Assembly: GCA_973895155.1 (NCBI GenBank) | Contig: OZ316898.1 | Coordinates: forward strand, 15,592,330-15,656,329 | Source: Marsupella aquatica | Taxonomy: Eukaryota; Plantae; Marchantiophyta | Length of the DNA: 64,000 bases | Direction of reading: 5' to 3' | Shown: in pieces, positions 26,010-38,842 of the stretch | Position numbering within the stretch: the first letter of the stretch is position 1 | Layout of the letters: every line of letters starts with the position of its first letter | Translations under genes and position numbers: made by a program | Notes under the pieces: model-generated | The model's input: the letters and a program-made list of their open reading frames with translations, nothing else | Told to the model about the DNA's origin: nothing | The model's database searches: none

Positions 26010-29000
26010 GAGGCAACAAAGGATTGGGCTATAAAGGTATCAAAAATCACTCCTCTGTTAAGCCCCGCTTTTGAGGATTTTATGCGAACATGTGCCAAAA
26101 TGTACCCCCTCACAGAGAAGAATAAGAGAGAGAAGAAGTTGGATGCAATTGTCTATACAATGGATCGAGCAAGATTGTTTACCGCTGTCTCTGCCCTCGA
26201 CCCCAAGCTGAGGAGTACCCTTCTGGTTGCCCATTGTACACCAAAGTTGAGGAAACAATTCTTCCATCCACAGAGCGTTAATGACGATCCAGTGAAGCAA
26301 TGGTGCCATACCTGGCAAACTTGGAACATTGTGGAGGGAATCGCTATTGGTTTGCTGCAAACCTCCCTACGCCAGGTTAGTGATATAGTCCTCGCCAATC
26401 GGTTGCAGGAGTGGGAGTGTGAGTCAATTGAATTGCTTATTGAAATAGTCTAAAATGATTTCAAGAAATTCGGGGACGTTGTGAAAGGCAAGTTTTTTAA
26501 TACAATGTGGCCTTCCAAGTATCCCGACAAGGCTGACTACACCCTCAAGAATCAGAAGAGGGCCAAACGATACCTGTACCATTTCTTCATGCATATGGAG
26601 ATTGTGAAGCCAGATTACTTTTGGGCAAACTGTGGTGCGTCCCATGGCTCCCCAAACCCAAGAAACCCCCCCGCACAAGCCGATTCCCGCAGGTTTCGTG
26701 CTCGGCGAGGCCGTTTCCGCGGCTTAGCGGCATGGGACGCTGCTAACTTCCTTCTACTACTACTATTAACATTTTACACACATATACTGGACAGATCCTT
26801 CATCGGGTCATGAGATACGCAGTCGGCCTAATCTAGGCCTTCTCTTGTCTTTCCCTCCTGTTGGTTAGGTATATTTGGATTCTGCCGCCGGAATGATCCC
26901 CAATTGGTTTGGTTAAGCCGCTAAGACCTCTCTCAGCTTGACACATCCAACTCTCACTCCCTTGCTTACTTCCCTTCTACTTGTTGATGTGGGCACTCTT
27001 CACACAAGTTAATGCGACACACAAATAGCAAAATGACTCCTTCTGATTGAGTTATACCATGCACTTGCAATACAAACAGTACATCTCATACACAAGCTCT
27101 GCGAACTAAGCCGCGAGGCCAACTCTATTCAGTTCTTAGGTATGAGGAAACATGAATATACACAAGGGTCACTGTATAACTAACCGAGAGCTTCTCTTAT
27201 TACTTGATTCCAGCCCTGCTAGTGCAACTAAAAACTTGCTAAAGAAGAGGCCCTGAACTCCCCGCAGCCCAGGTACTTATCCTGGTTGTGGATCCGCCTG
27301 ATTCCTTGCAGCGTAAGCCTAATCTACCTACTGTAATCTACCTAACTGTAATCTACCTATGTACAGCGAGGCGGGAGCACAAGTGTCGCCCTCACCCGTG
27401 GATCCGAAATCCCACTAATCTAAGTGTCAGGGCCGTCTCCTGGTCCTGATCCTAAGTCTAAACTTGGAGATCAGCACCCACCCTGCCCACTCACGCCTCC
27501 TACCTCCACATCCGCCCTCCCTAAAAGGGGTGGCGCCCTTACACCGTCATGACACCGGTGGCTGGTCCTTAATGGACGCCCCCAACGCTTCCTCCGCAGC
27601 CACTACCGTTGGTCCGTCCTCTGACAGATTACCTGCCCCTGACCGAGTCAACTCTTCATCGGCCTGACTGGGTCCACCCTCGGCTTTGGCCTCAGCATTG
27701 GTCACGGCCTCCGATACGGCTACGGCCTCCCCGGCATGTTCTAGTGGAGGATCCGGTACCTCGGCAGCATTATTGGTTCTCCCGGCCTCGGCCTTGCCAT
27801 CTCCACTTCCTAGGACTGGTGGATCCACCGCCGTACCAATGCCGGAGATTGGTGTCGGGTTTATCTTCTCGGTCACAACGGCTTGAGAAGCCGTATAACT
27901 CCCAGACCTAGAAGGTTTCCGCTTCTTCTTCTTCCCTATTTTGACAGCCGGTTCCTTCCCCTTGCCACTTACCTTCGGCACTGGGGTGAGTGTTTCGGCT
28001 TGTCCTGCGGCCAATACTACCCCTGGTAATTGGGTTCCCCAATTGGAGTTGGACCTAATGAAGCCAAGCAATTAAATACTGCGGCTTGTGTCTTCAGCCG
28101 CTCCATTTGGTTGTCTGCCCGCCGCTGTAGGTTCTCCATCTTCCTCGTGATTTCCTCCAACTCCTCTTGGGTCTCGTCCAGGTCCTTGCGCGCCTCCTCC
28201 AGCTCCTTATTGGCTTCCTCCAATTCTTTCTTTAAGGTAGCCCTCTCCTCCTGGGTTGCTCTTAGCTCCTTGTCGAGCTCTGCTACGACCACAAACTCCA
28301 TCTTATTCATCTTGGCATAAGTCTGGTCGAGCTGGTTGTCCTTTTCACGCAGGTCGGCCTTGAAGCTGGCCGTCAGGGACGCAAGCTCCTATTGCAGCGC
28401 AATAATCCCTTGATAGGATTTCCCTAACTCTGCTTCCTTCTACTCAAGGGCTCCGCGGATATCTTCAAGCTCTCCTTTCAACGCCCTCTCCCTTCTCTGG
28501 TTCTCCGCCATGGCCCGATTGTTGGTTGCTAAGTGGGCCTCCTCTGCATCCCTTAGCTCCCGCCTCCATTTCTCTCTTTCCTTGACTGCGCCGGCCAACT
28601 CTCCTTGGGTCCGAGTCAGTTTATCTTTGATAATCTGATTGTCAGATTGAGCGGTATCCAACTGCCCCTGCATGATGTTTAGTTCATGCCGCTTAATCCG
28701 CAGCTCATCTTGGGCTTTCTTGGCCACCTGCAGGACTTCCGCCTCGGCTTCCTTCTCCCTAAGCCGTCGGATGACCTCGTCCTTCTTGCTTCTCTCCAAA
28801 GCCACCGCTTCTTCTAATCGGTGCTTTTCCAACATCTCCCTCTGGAAAAAGGGTCCCTGCTCCAACTCCTCCCCAAAGATGCTGAGCGCCAGGTCCCCAC
28901 ACATCTCCCCGTACTCCATGGCTCTATCCTTAGCATAGGTGGAGTAACTAGAAGTCATCGGCATCAACCACCGCGGCCTCTGCTCCCAAGCCGCCCTGCG

Positions 29001-32000
29001 GATTTCTTCTACGGTGGCAAGAGGGTTGCTTCTTTTTTCGGCAAGCCGCCTGATGTCCTCCGGCCAATCTCCTCCTGGTAAATCTTTCTCCCTAGCCAAG
29101 GCTGCTTTCTCTTCCTCCCTAAGTCGCTCCTGAAATTGTTGTGCCGTCTGCTTTATGCCGTCAAAGCTTGGGGGAGCAACCTCTGGTGGGGGAGACTCGG
29201 GGCTACTCTGCTGGGTGGGGTCCCCTCGAACTACTCTTGGAAGCATGGGGATAAATCGGCCACAGGTCCTTACTCCTGGAACATGATGATCCGACCCATA
29301 GTCGGAGTTATCATTGTTGTAGTCCTCCACCGCCTCCTCCACTACTTGGACTCCCGGCTTCTCCCTTTGTTCCCCTGGTCCTGTCGTGAAAACGGCCTTA
29401 CAGATCACGGGCTTTGGTTCTGGTTTCCAGGCTGTCGTCTCCCTTTGCTCTTTGTGAGAAGGAGCCTTAGGCTGCTCTGCCTCTGATTCGGGGCTTAAGG
29501 CTCCCACGTACATTCGCACTCCTAGCTTGTGTTCAAGCCTAAATCTCTCCTTGGTTCCGGTAAAGGGGTCTTCCCTTCTGAGTCGGCTTAGGCCGACCTC
29601 TGGGGCAGCGTCCTGTATTGGTGCCGTTGCCGTTGCTGTTGCCGGAACCGGTGCCAATGCCGTTCTCTTTTCCTTCTCCAGCAATTTCAGCAGATTTTGC
29701 GTGCCTGGTTGCTGCATCGGCAAGTCTTCTTTCCTTGGCCTAAACACCTGCTCGATCATTGGACTGTTGGGCTGGTTGGGCTTCTCTGGTGCCGGCCCTT
29801 GCTCCGGAACCTCCTCCGGTGCCCTTACCGATAGGGGAAGTACTGGGGCAAAGATTTGACTTATGGCATACCGGCACAACAGCGGCATGTGATAGCCAAG
29901 CCGGGACACGCTTCCCACGCCGATCACCTGTTGTTCCTCCTTCAAGATCTTTTTAGTTGGTTGAGGAGGTACCCGTTGTAATCCCGGCTTGGGTCTGGCC
30001 TTTTTGCCAGGTAGACCTGAGCCTTGCCGATCTCTGCCCTCAGCAAGTTACAATGCATGGTCACCCGCAAGAAATTGATCATCTCTCCGATGTGTGGGTT
30101 GGTGCAAGTGTTCCAGAAGAAGCCATTCTTCGTTGATGGTCCTGGGAATGACCGGAACTCCTTGTCAGGTAAGGTCTTCCTGGTATCAACCTTGGTCTTA
30201 TTACCCATCGGCAAGCCAAACACCTCAGCAATCACCCAGGGAGTGAGATAGAAATCCTTCCCATACACCCTCGTGGAATTGGTCTCGGGTTCCCATGATC
30301 CCACGAATTCTAATAAGTCTGAGTCCGGCACCTTCGGCTTCAGCCATGGTAATCTTACAAAGGCTTCCAAGCCGGATCCAGCCATGAAGCCTTGGTACTT
30401 CTTGGTCTGCATGGCCGTAAAGCATGCATCCTCCTCCCGTGCAAAGTGTAATTGCACTTCCTCCGGTAGGGTCGCCGTCCAGCCTTTCCAGGTGTCATCG
30501 TTTGTTGGAATGGCATTGATGGGATCAACCTCTTCCTCTTCGGCTTCTTCCTGCTCTGCTGCTCTGCTGCTCTGCTGCTCTGCTGGTTTCCTTGGTGCCG
30601 CCGACCTCGTTCTTTTTGCCGGGGTGGCCTCTTCGTTGTTGTTTCCTTTCCTCTTCATCTTGGCTGCCGTGGATGTTTCTCCTAGCAAGGTTGCCTTTGT
30701 CCACCCCTCCGTGTTACCCTTCAACTCCCAGTGTAGGTCGTTGCAGCGATTGATGGCTTCCCGGATGCCGACAATTCTATTTTCGCAAAACAGAAGGTCG
30801 TCGAGCTGATTGGCAGCAGGAGTCCACAAGAACTCGGCCTTGATAAGTTCTCCTCCTAAGAAAGCCATCTTTTGCAGTTCCTAGAGCCGAGCGAGTTCCT
30901 GCCGTTCTCGAGCTGCTCTCTCCGATTCTTCGTCCTTGTAAGTCCTGACGTACTCACCTGCCCGTTCGAATAGGCATCCCCAAAAATGTGCCGCTTGATT
31001 GACGTTGCTCATACCCTCCTTGAGTCGATCGTTGGTATTTCCACCCCGAGTGCTTGCTTAAGTAGCTGACAGTATTTGGCCTCCCGTAGTCGTCTGCCCA
31101 GTTCATTCTTGCAAATGAGCCACTATTCCTCGCGAGCGGTCCTTACCCCTCTCCTCCTCTTCTTCCCTCCCATTGGTCACCCCTAGCCGCCGACGCTTAG
31201 CGCGCCCTAACCCTAATCGTGTTCTCTCCCCCGACGTCCTTAATTCCGGCCTCGGCCCGGGTTCCATAGTCACCCTTAATTGTTTATATTTTCCTTTGTT
31301 TTGTTCCTAAACTAAGGTGTTTCCAGGGTACACTCCTGCTTTACCATGTAAACCGGGCTAGTGATTCCTGGCTAGGCATCACACATACCCTGTTGCTTTC
31401 CAAAAGTGGATCGTTGTTCCCAAAGGAGACATACTGGCCGACGTGTATTTCAATGTATCCTGCTGAAGGGTGTCCCACCAAGGAAATTGTGAGAGTGGGA
31501 GAGAATTCATTGTCCATGGTATTTGGACACCAATAGATGGGACTCTCCATTTGGTGACACTGAGAAAGACGCATTTCATAAGCTCTCAAAGTCTCAGGTC
31601 CCTCCCAAGTTTGTGTCCGACATGAAGCAGGGAATCAAAGGTGATGTGAGCAAGTCGACGGCAGAATTGCAAACGGTGTGCGAAACTACGGTTGTTCATG
31701 TTGACCAAAGTTGCAAACCCAGAGCCACAGCAAAAACCAAAGCTGCGGCACCGAGTACCTCAACGCGGTCCACCAAAAAATGTAAGTTGTCATTCAGCTT
31801 GTAGCTTCACATTTTGGTTAGCACCAGGCGTTGCTATATGACTATGTCTATTGGTTTGTTTTTTCAATTGGTTTGGACAGCGCCTGGCGCTATTATACAG
31901 CATTGAATAAATTCTGCTCTTTTTCCTTTAGGTGGGAGAAAGTCTGACGGTGCAACCGACAAAACAAAAGTAGATGCAACTCCAAAGCCTTCCAAAGCCA

Positions 32001-33697
32001 ATACCGGTGCCCAATCAGACCCAGTAACTCCAATTGACAATGCAAAAGAGATCGTCCCTCTTGATACAACCAGTGCAAAGAAGAAGAAGAAAAGGGCAAT
32101 TCAAGCTGGAGAATCTTCCCAAGATGATGCCGCTGGAACTGGTGTTCAGAGAGATGTGGGAACCTTCAAGAGTAAATCTTCTAGGCATTGCATGGTGGAA
32201 ACAAGTATCCAAGAATTTATTGATACTGCTTTCAACAAAGCAACGAAACTAGATTGGATGACTGACAGAGAGAAATGGGGAAAGGACTTAATCAAGTCAG
32301 GTTCCCAGGAAAAGGGAGTCATCAGAGGAGGAAAAGAAAGATCGTTTGGTGTCAATGCAGGATTCATCTATCTTCCTACTGGACTTAAACCTATGGACCG
32401 TTGGGTTCCAAAGTGGAATGTACCAGACCACACAGTTCCGAGTTCTTTCTTCAAAGCGATGGACCCTTTCCTTTTTGATGATGGCATGCTTGCGATCTTG
32501 TATTCAGATGACCATGATCAGGTCTCGCATGTCATTTCAGCATGCCAGCAATCAAAAAAGTTTCATTGTGTCAATTCTCACAATGTCGTCATGTCTATGC
32601 CCATGTACAGAGCAAAGACCGATAGTCAGGTACAGATCATTGCATCTTGTTAGCGCCCGACGCTAATTTAGTCTTTGCTGTAGTTCTCGAGACATTACCC
32701 ATTGGTTGATAATTTTAGCCGAACGTGTGCGATGCGTGCAGGTATTTACCCTCAGGCTAGACATATTTGTCGGACTTCTTCAAAGGGAAAGGTACCAAAG
32801 GATCCAAGGTTTAAGCCTCTATCAATAAGTGAAGATCCTTTGATCTCTAACTTGATTGGGCTCCCAACCTTGAAGACAAATCATTGCCCAGAATTGGATT
32901 TTGCTGGGAATGCTTGTCTTTCGGTTGGTTTTATGCAGTCAATGATAGAGCTTTTTACTCTTTCTGGAGATATTGTCCTTGACTGGACTGTAGGTTCAGG
33001 AAGCACATTCATTGCTGGTGATTTTTCTGGTCATTTTGTGATTGGGTTGGAAAATAGGCGTGAGTTTGTTGAGACTGCATCAAGGGTATTCTTAGAACTT
33101 CTTGATCCCAAGCATGTTCCGATATTGCCTCCTCCCGCGACCAATTTAAGTGGTCGCAAAAAGAAAGATAGGCTCCGCTATGTTCTCAACTTTGATTCCG
33201 ATGAAGAGGAAGGTACCTTTGGAGACATCGGAGATGACATAGAGAAAACCCAGGAGGAAGATTCTTTGGAGAAGAGTGAAGACTTAGACGAGTAATATTC
33301 TTCCAGTAAGCTTCTTTATCCTTTCAAGTGTTGTTGACAATTCTGGGTTCTTGCTCTCTTATCCCTAAACTTATATTTTTTTCCGTTTTACTGGATCAGG
33401 TCAGAATGGAATCTGAGGAAGCATTTCCAATTCCGGAGACTAGCTAGGAATGTAATTGTCACTCCTGAGAAGCCGTTTGTTTTGCCCTCATACGCTAAAA
33501 ATGTCGCTAGGATGGTTGACAAAATTAGAATGCTTTGTTGGGAAACAAAAGGTCTAAGTCTTCAGAGGGGAGCAGACGGGAAGTTCATGAGGAACCCTTA
33601 TATAGATGATGTTTCCCAAAGCAAGTACATTGATGACAAAGCCGAGTCCACGGACAGATCTGAAAGCTCCGCATCAGAAACATTTGATAGTTTATAG
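26010..33697 (+). pseudogene. ParB-MTase gene of MULE copy 2 (N-terminus lost; interrupted by LTR-B3)
   Basis: Exon-by-exon homolog of 53911-56867. VNAGFIYLPTGL...VPKWN and SGDIVLDWTVGSGSTFIAGDFSGHFVIGLENRREFVETA match the N6_N4 methyltransferase C-terminal pattern. Confidence 0.8.
26631..31383 (-). mobile_element. LTR-B3: complete 4753-bp LTR-B element
   Basis: TG...CA ends, TSD CAAAC/CATAC. Removing it restores FWAYP.AFQKW of the host ORF. Carries the same PMD/coiled-coil ORF with frameshifts. Confidence 0.9.
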
Positions 33698-34514
33698 GTA
33701 GCAATGGGGTTTTCTTCAAATACGTCATTTAATGTTTCAATATGTAACCATTTTGATGAATTGGCCAATTTTAAGCCCTTTCAAGTTTTACTAGCGCTAG
33801 GCGCTCCTCAAACATACTGTCACTATTATATTTTTATTTCAGATTCTTGAAGTTTGATTTGTGAAGACGTGTTCTCAAGTGCAATATTGGCTAGCGCCGA
33901 GCGCTTCCCAATTTTCTAAGGGTTCTTTGGTGTGGATTCTTTCCGGGCTGTGGTTGCATAAATGTTTTGGTTTCCGTCCGATTTTGTGGTATTAGGTGAA
34001 CTTGTGGGAACGGTCATGGATTTTTGCAGCTAGATGGCTTCTGGAAAGACCCTGATCGGGAGGAGGCTGGAATAGACAATGGTTGTCTAGTGGGATTAGA
34101 GTAGTAGCGCCAAGCGCTACTGAAAGGTTTTGGTTAATTATAACTGAGTTAAATAGCATTCCGAGATCAAACATTTCATAACCCCCTTCATTAAATATCC
34201 TTCGAGAGTGCAACTGGTACAAATTATAGACTCTTCACAGCGCCTGACGCTAGCAATAATCGTGGAGAGTTCCTACCGCTACGAGTTTCTTATATTTACT
34301 CCTATTTGTTTTTTTTGGTGTCTTTTGTAAACACCTCACCTTTGGCGCTAGTTTTACCAGCGCTAGGTGCTACCAGAATTTTTTTTCAAAAGTAACTTTG
34401 CAAAAAAACATGCAGGAAAGAGCCATCAATTTTCCTGTTACCAGTCTTTTTCCCTGTTACCAGTTTCTGTTATGAATGCCTGTTTCCTGTTTTTCTGCCT
34501 TTTGTAAACACCTC

Positions 34515-34573
34515 CTTAACCTATGTACTTAGGGTTAAATCTGGGTTAGCTTTAACTCATAACACTCCCCCTT
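34515..34573 (-). repeat. Copia 3' LTR right fragment and PPT
   Basis: Matches 41362-41412 and is followed by CTCCCCCTT (PPT on the minus strand). Confidence 0.9.
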
Positions 34574-37420
34574 GGTTGATTTGAGTATAGGTAAAAATCA
34601 ACCACACTAATGTAAAGTTTAACCCGTATTAGGTCCCATCTATTGTTGGTTTGGTCTCATCAAAACCCTTCTTCTGGCTATAAGGGAAAGAGTGCCACAA
34701 CCATTACATAATGTGGGATTGACTAAAGGGGTACTAGGTTTGAGAGTGAGAGTTAGGACTAATTAGAGTTTAAATATCTAAAAAAAAATTATGAGTCTAT
34801 TAGTAAGTAATATAAAGTACGAAGAGTGCTCTATGTCGGAAGTGTAAACTTTGGCTGAGCGGTATCGAAGTTGTTGTGTTGGCATTGGAGTCTCGACACA
34901 AAGTGAAGGGTTTCTCTCGATAAAGAATGATGTATTCTTTGAAGGTCGTGTGCTCTGAGGTTAGGCATTATTCTCTTTTGACTAAATTTCTTATGGTAGG
35001 CGCATTGTGATATTGAGCTTATTATGGATGTTGATGGGTGCAAAGTCCAGAGTTGAAGGTTGTTGGGAACTCTACGGTGCTGGGACGTTGCTGTTGCGAG
35101 GTTGCGATGGTGTGCAGTTGCCAGGTCCGTCTTGGCAAGAAGAGATAAGTGCTTGCGCCTTTTGTCTTAATTTTGTGCTGCGTCTTGGCATAGTAAGTCT
35201 TTTACCTGGCGCATTCCTATCCCGAGTGTATGCACTTTATGGAGGGCGGGCGGTAAGGGCTTCGTGAATAGGTCGGCCCTATTTTCTTTCATGGATATCC
35301 ATTGGACTTGGATCTTATCTCCATGTTGTTCATGCGCGTAGAATAGTTTTGGTGCAATGTGTTTTATCCTGCCCCCTTTAATAAAGCCTTGCGCAATCTG
35401 GTCAACCCAGGGTCAATTATCTTCGTAAAGAATGGTCGGTTTTGTCAGTGGTGGTTTTCCTGTGTTCTGGTTGATGTGGTCAATTAAGCTTCTGAGCCAC
35501 ATGCATTCTCTTGTGGCTTCATACAGTGCTATAATTTCTGAATGGTTAGATGATGTAGCTGTCAATGACTGCTTTGTGCTCTTCCAAGAAATCGCTGTTA
35601 TGCCCTGTAGAAAAACGTATCCCGTTTGGGACTTCGCATCATGTGGGTCGGACAAGTACCCGGCATCGGCGTATCCAGTCAAGGTCGGGTTGCTTTTCTT
35701 GGGGAAGTATAGTCCCATGTCTGTAGTCCCTTGTAAGTAGCAAAACACTCTTTTTATGCCATTCTAGTGTTGGATTGTTGGCTGTGATCCATGTCTTGCT
35801 AGAAGGCTTACTGCAAAGCTGATATCAGGTCGTGTCTGATTTGCTAGGTACAGTAGGGCTCCAATCGCTGATAGGTATGGCTTCTCTAGTCCCAGCACCT
35901 GTTCATGTTGTTGGCGTTTCTTAAACATGTCTTGTGCTGGGTCAAGAGAACGCAGGTCCATTGGAGTGCTCACCGGGTATGAATTTTGCATGTTGAACTG
36001 CTTAAGAATTTTCTGTGTGTAAGTAGATTGGTTAATGAGGATGCCATCCTCAAGATGGTTAAACTGGATGCCTAGGCAGTAGCTCGGGATTCCAATATCT
36101 TTCATTTCAAAGATTCTTTTGAGTGTTTCAACTGTCTGTGTTGTGAGCTGCTTAGTTCCAAAAATGTTTGTCATCAACGTAAATGGCGAGTATCACAAAC
36201 TCTGTGCCAACATGTTTAAGAAATAGGCACGGTGCTATGTCTGCATTTGTAAACTGTAAAGTCAACATTTCATCACGAAAGCGTTTATACCAGATTTGGT
36301 CACTCTATTTGAGGCCGTTTATTGATCTCATTACTTGTACTGCATATGCTGGTTTTGGTGTCTGCTTCTTATTTTGTTGATTGACATGTTGAGGTCCACT
36401 GTCTTTTGGGGATGGATTTCCCTTATTTGTTTGGTACCATTTCAAGGACTCAGTAGGAGCTTCCCTTGCTTCTAACCCAGCAGTAGGCTGGTTAGGTTGG
36501 GGTCGTATCCCATGGGTGTTCTGGACAGTAGGTCCTTTGTTCGGCTTGGCTGTGATCTGCTTAAGGCCTGATTGCAGGTCTGGATGTAGGTTGCAGGTCT
36601 TCTCCCCCTGAATATGGAACTTCACTCTTGTAATTAGTTCAGGAGGGGCCTGCATATATATTTCAGTATCCATAATACCGTACAAGTATGCCGTGACTAC
36701 GTCCATAAGGTGCATTACTAGTTTGTGAATCAAAGCAAAAGCGATCATATAGCGGTATGTGATTGAGTCCATAATGGGGGAGTACGTGAGGTCATAGTCT
36801 CAACCATAAATCTGAGTATATCCTTTCGCCACCAGTCGAGCTTTGTATCTGATGACCTCTCCTTTGGCATTCCTTTTTTGCACAAAGGTGAATTATACCC
36901 CGTTAGGCTCCTTTCTGGTGGGGCTGGTGAGATCGGGCCAAATACATGTCTCTTAATGAGCGAATCTAATTCTGAATTTATTGCCTCCTACCATAGTGGC
37001 CAGTCTTCTCTATTCTGGGCTTCCTGTATAGTAAGTGGATCAGGGGTATCGTTAGTAATTTCCTGTGAAATGAGGAAGGTGAATTGGTCATTGACTTTGG
37101 TATATGCTCGCTGCCACACTTTTCTTGTATGCATATACTGGATGGAGATTTCATTGTTGTCCTGTGATGGGATTGTGATAGGTTCTTCACTGGTGTTGTC
37201 AATATTCTGTGTGGTTGTTGTAGGGATGGCATTCCTCTTCTGCCTAGATTGACTATCTTTAGATCCAAGGGGGCGGCCCCTCTTAGTTCTAGGTGGGGCG
37301 TCGACTGCTTCTGTTTGTTGAGGTTGAATTTGCACTGGTACATATGCAGCCTCAATGTGGGAGTGGGTCACAGTAGCAACATCATTGAATGCATCAGGTA
37401 ATGTGTGCACCATCTGGTTT

Positions 37421-38030
37421 CCTTACAACATTTTGTATATATATATTTTTAAATGGTGGCCATGAAAACCCCGTGGCAGAGGACACAAACAGAACCAAAA
37501 GACAATTCCGAGCACAAAACAGCAAAAAGAGCCAAAAAGTAACCCAAACCAGATGGCCCAGACCCCAAGGCGGGTCATAAGCGCCTCATATGCGAACAAC
37601 CCCCCCAAACAGCCAGGCAAGCAGCTACTGCTGTCATCCTGTCTTTCTACCATAATTCCCCCATATCATATTGTCCTATCTTGAAGTGATCCATACATCC
37701 CTACGCCTCATCCATGCAATCCGTTCCCTATTAATCATTTCCTTAGCCCTCAGTAATCGAGTTTTCCGGTTACAAACTGGCAATGTAATTAAAACAGCAG
37801 AGACATGATCCGCTGCTTCCAACAATATGAATCTGAAGTCTAACTTCCTACTCCCATCAACCTGGAACATGTGCTCATTCCGCCCCAGCCACAGAGCCCA
37901 CAACATCTGAAAAAGCACTAGTACCATCATAACAGTCTTGCTGTGGCGCCTTCCAATTGCAGAATCCACCAGCCCAATCAGTCCCCCCGCGTATCCAACA
38001 AAGATTCCCCCAAAGCCTTGTGCACAAAGA
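37421..38030 (-). mobile_element. 610-bp 5'-truncated L1-like LINE inserted in copia
   Basis: 18-bp TSD GTGTGCACCATCTGGTTT (37403-20 / 38031-48). LWALWLGRN motif as in the 16127 LINE ORF. A/TA-rich tail. Confidence 0.9.
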
Positions 38031-38842
38031 GTGTGCACCATCTGGTTTAATTGTAAGGCACGTCTTACCTCTTCATCTGCTTGTTTTGTCCTTGGGTCGT
38101 TGAGTAGTAGAGCTTTTGTTTCCCATTGTAGCTGAGGTACTGATACTGAGTCTTCTTGCTTTCCAGATGTTAGTTCCGGATAAATGTCTTCAAAGAAGTG
38201 GCAATCCTGAAATCTGGCTTTATAGACATCTCCTGTCATAGGTTCTCAGAATCTTATAATAGATGGGGAATCGAAGCCTACATAAATTCCTATTTGGCGC
38301 TGGGGACCCATCTTGGTTCATTTAGGTCCCAAGATGGGAACTAGTACTTGGCATCCGAATGTTTTCAGGTGGGAAACATCTGGTGGTAAGCCATATGCTA
38401 GATGATGTGGGGACAAGGAATTCAAGGATGAAGGCCTATACTGTAGTAGGGATGTTGCATGGAGGATTGCATGTCCCCATGCCGTGGCTGGTAATTTGGT
38501 TTGCATCAACATTGGGCGTGCAATAAGTTGTATCGTTTAATAACGGATTCTGCCATCCCATTTTGTGAGTGGACATATGGGACAGGGTACTGAGCTTCTA
38601 TCCCAACTGTGAGACAAAAATCATTAAATGTATTAGAGGTGAATTCTCGTATAGGGTCGTCCGGGAACTGAGTTTTTAGCTTCAGTATATTTACTAGAAT
38701 TCGTGAGAATACTAGATTTCTTGTGGACAGTAGGGACACTTGTGACCACTTAGATGATGAATCAATCATGACTGGGAAGAACCTAAAGGGGCCACTAGGT
38801 GGTTCTATAGGGCCGCAAACACCAGCGTTGAGTTGTTCTAGA

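Larger units (their letters stand above)
6589..34514. mobile_element. MULE copy 2: 28-kb element with both termini (GGGTATAGCC ... TGTAAACACCTC), centre deleted and filled with nested TEs
   Basis: Flanked by duplicated CTTAACCT (6581-88 / 34515-22; 8-11 bp depending on boundary) inside the copia LTR. Transposase points left and the ParB-MTase gene points right, as in copy 4. Confidence 0.85.

Noticed and set aside
8816-31383. LTR-B1 and LTR-B3 (or LTR-A1 and LTR-A2) as the paired LTRs of one retroelement
   Set aside because: Each unit has its own TSD, and no cognate gag-pol, PBS or PPT lies next to them.
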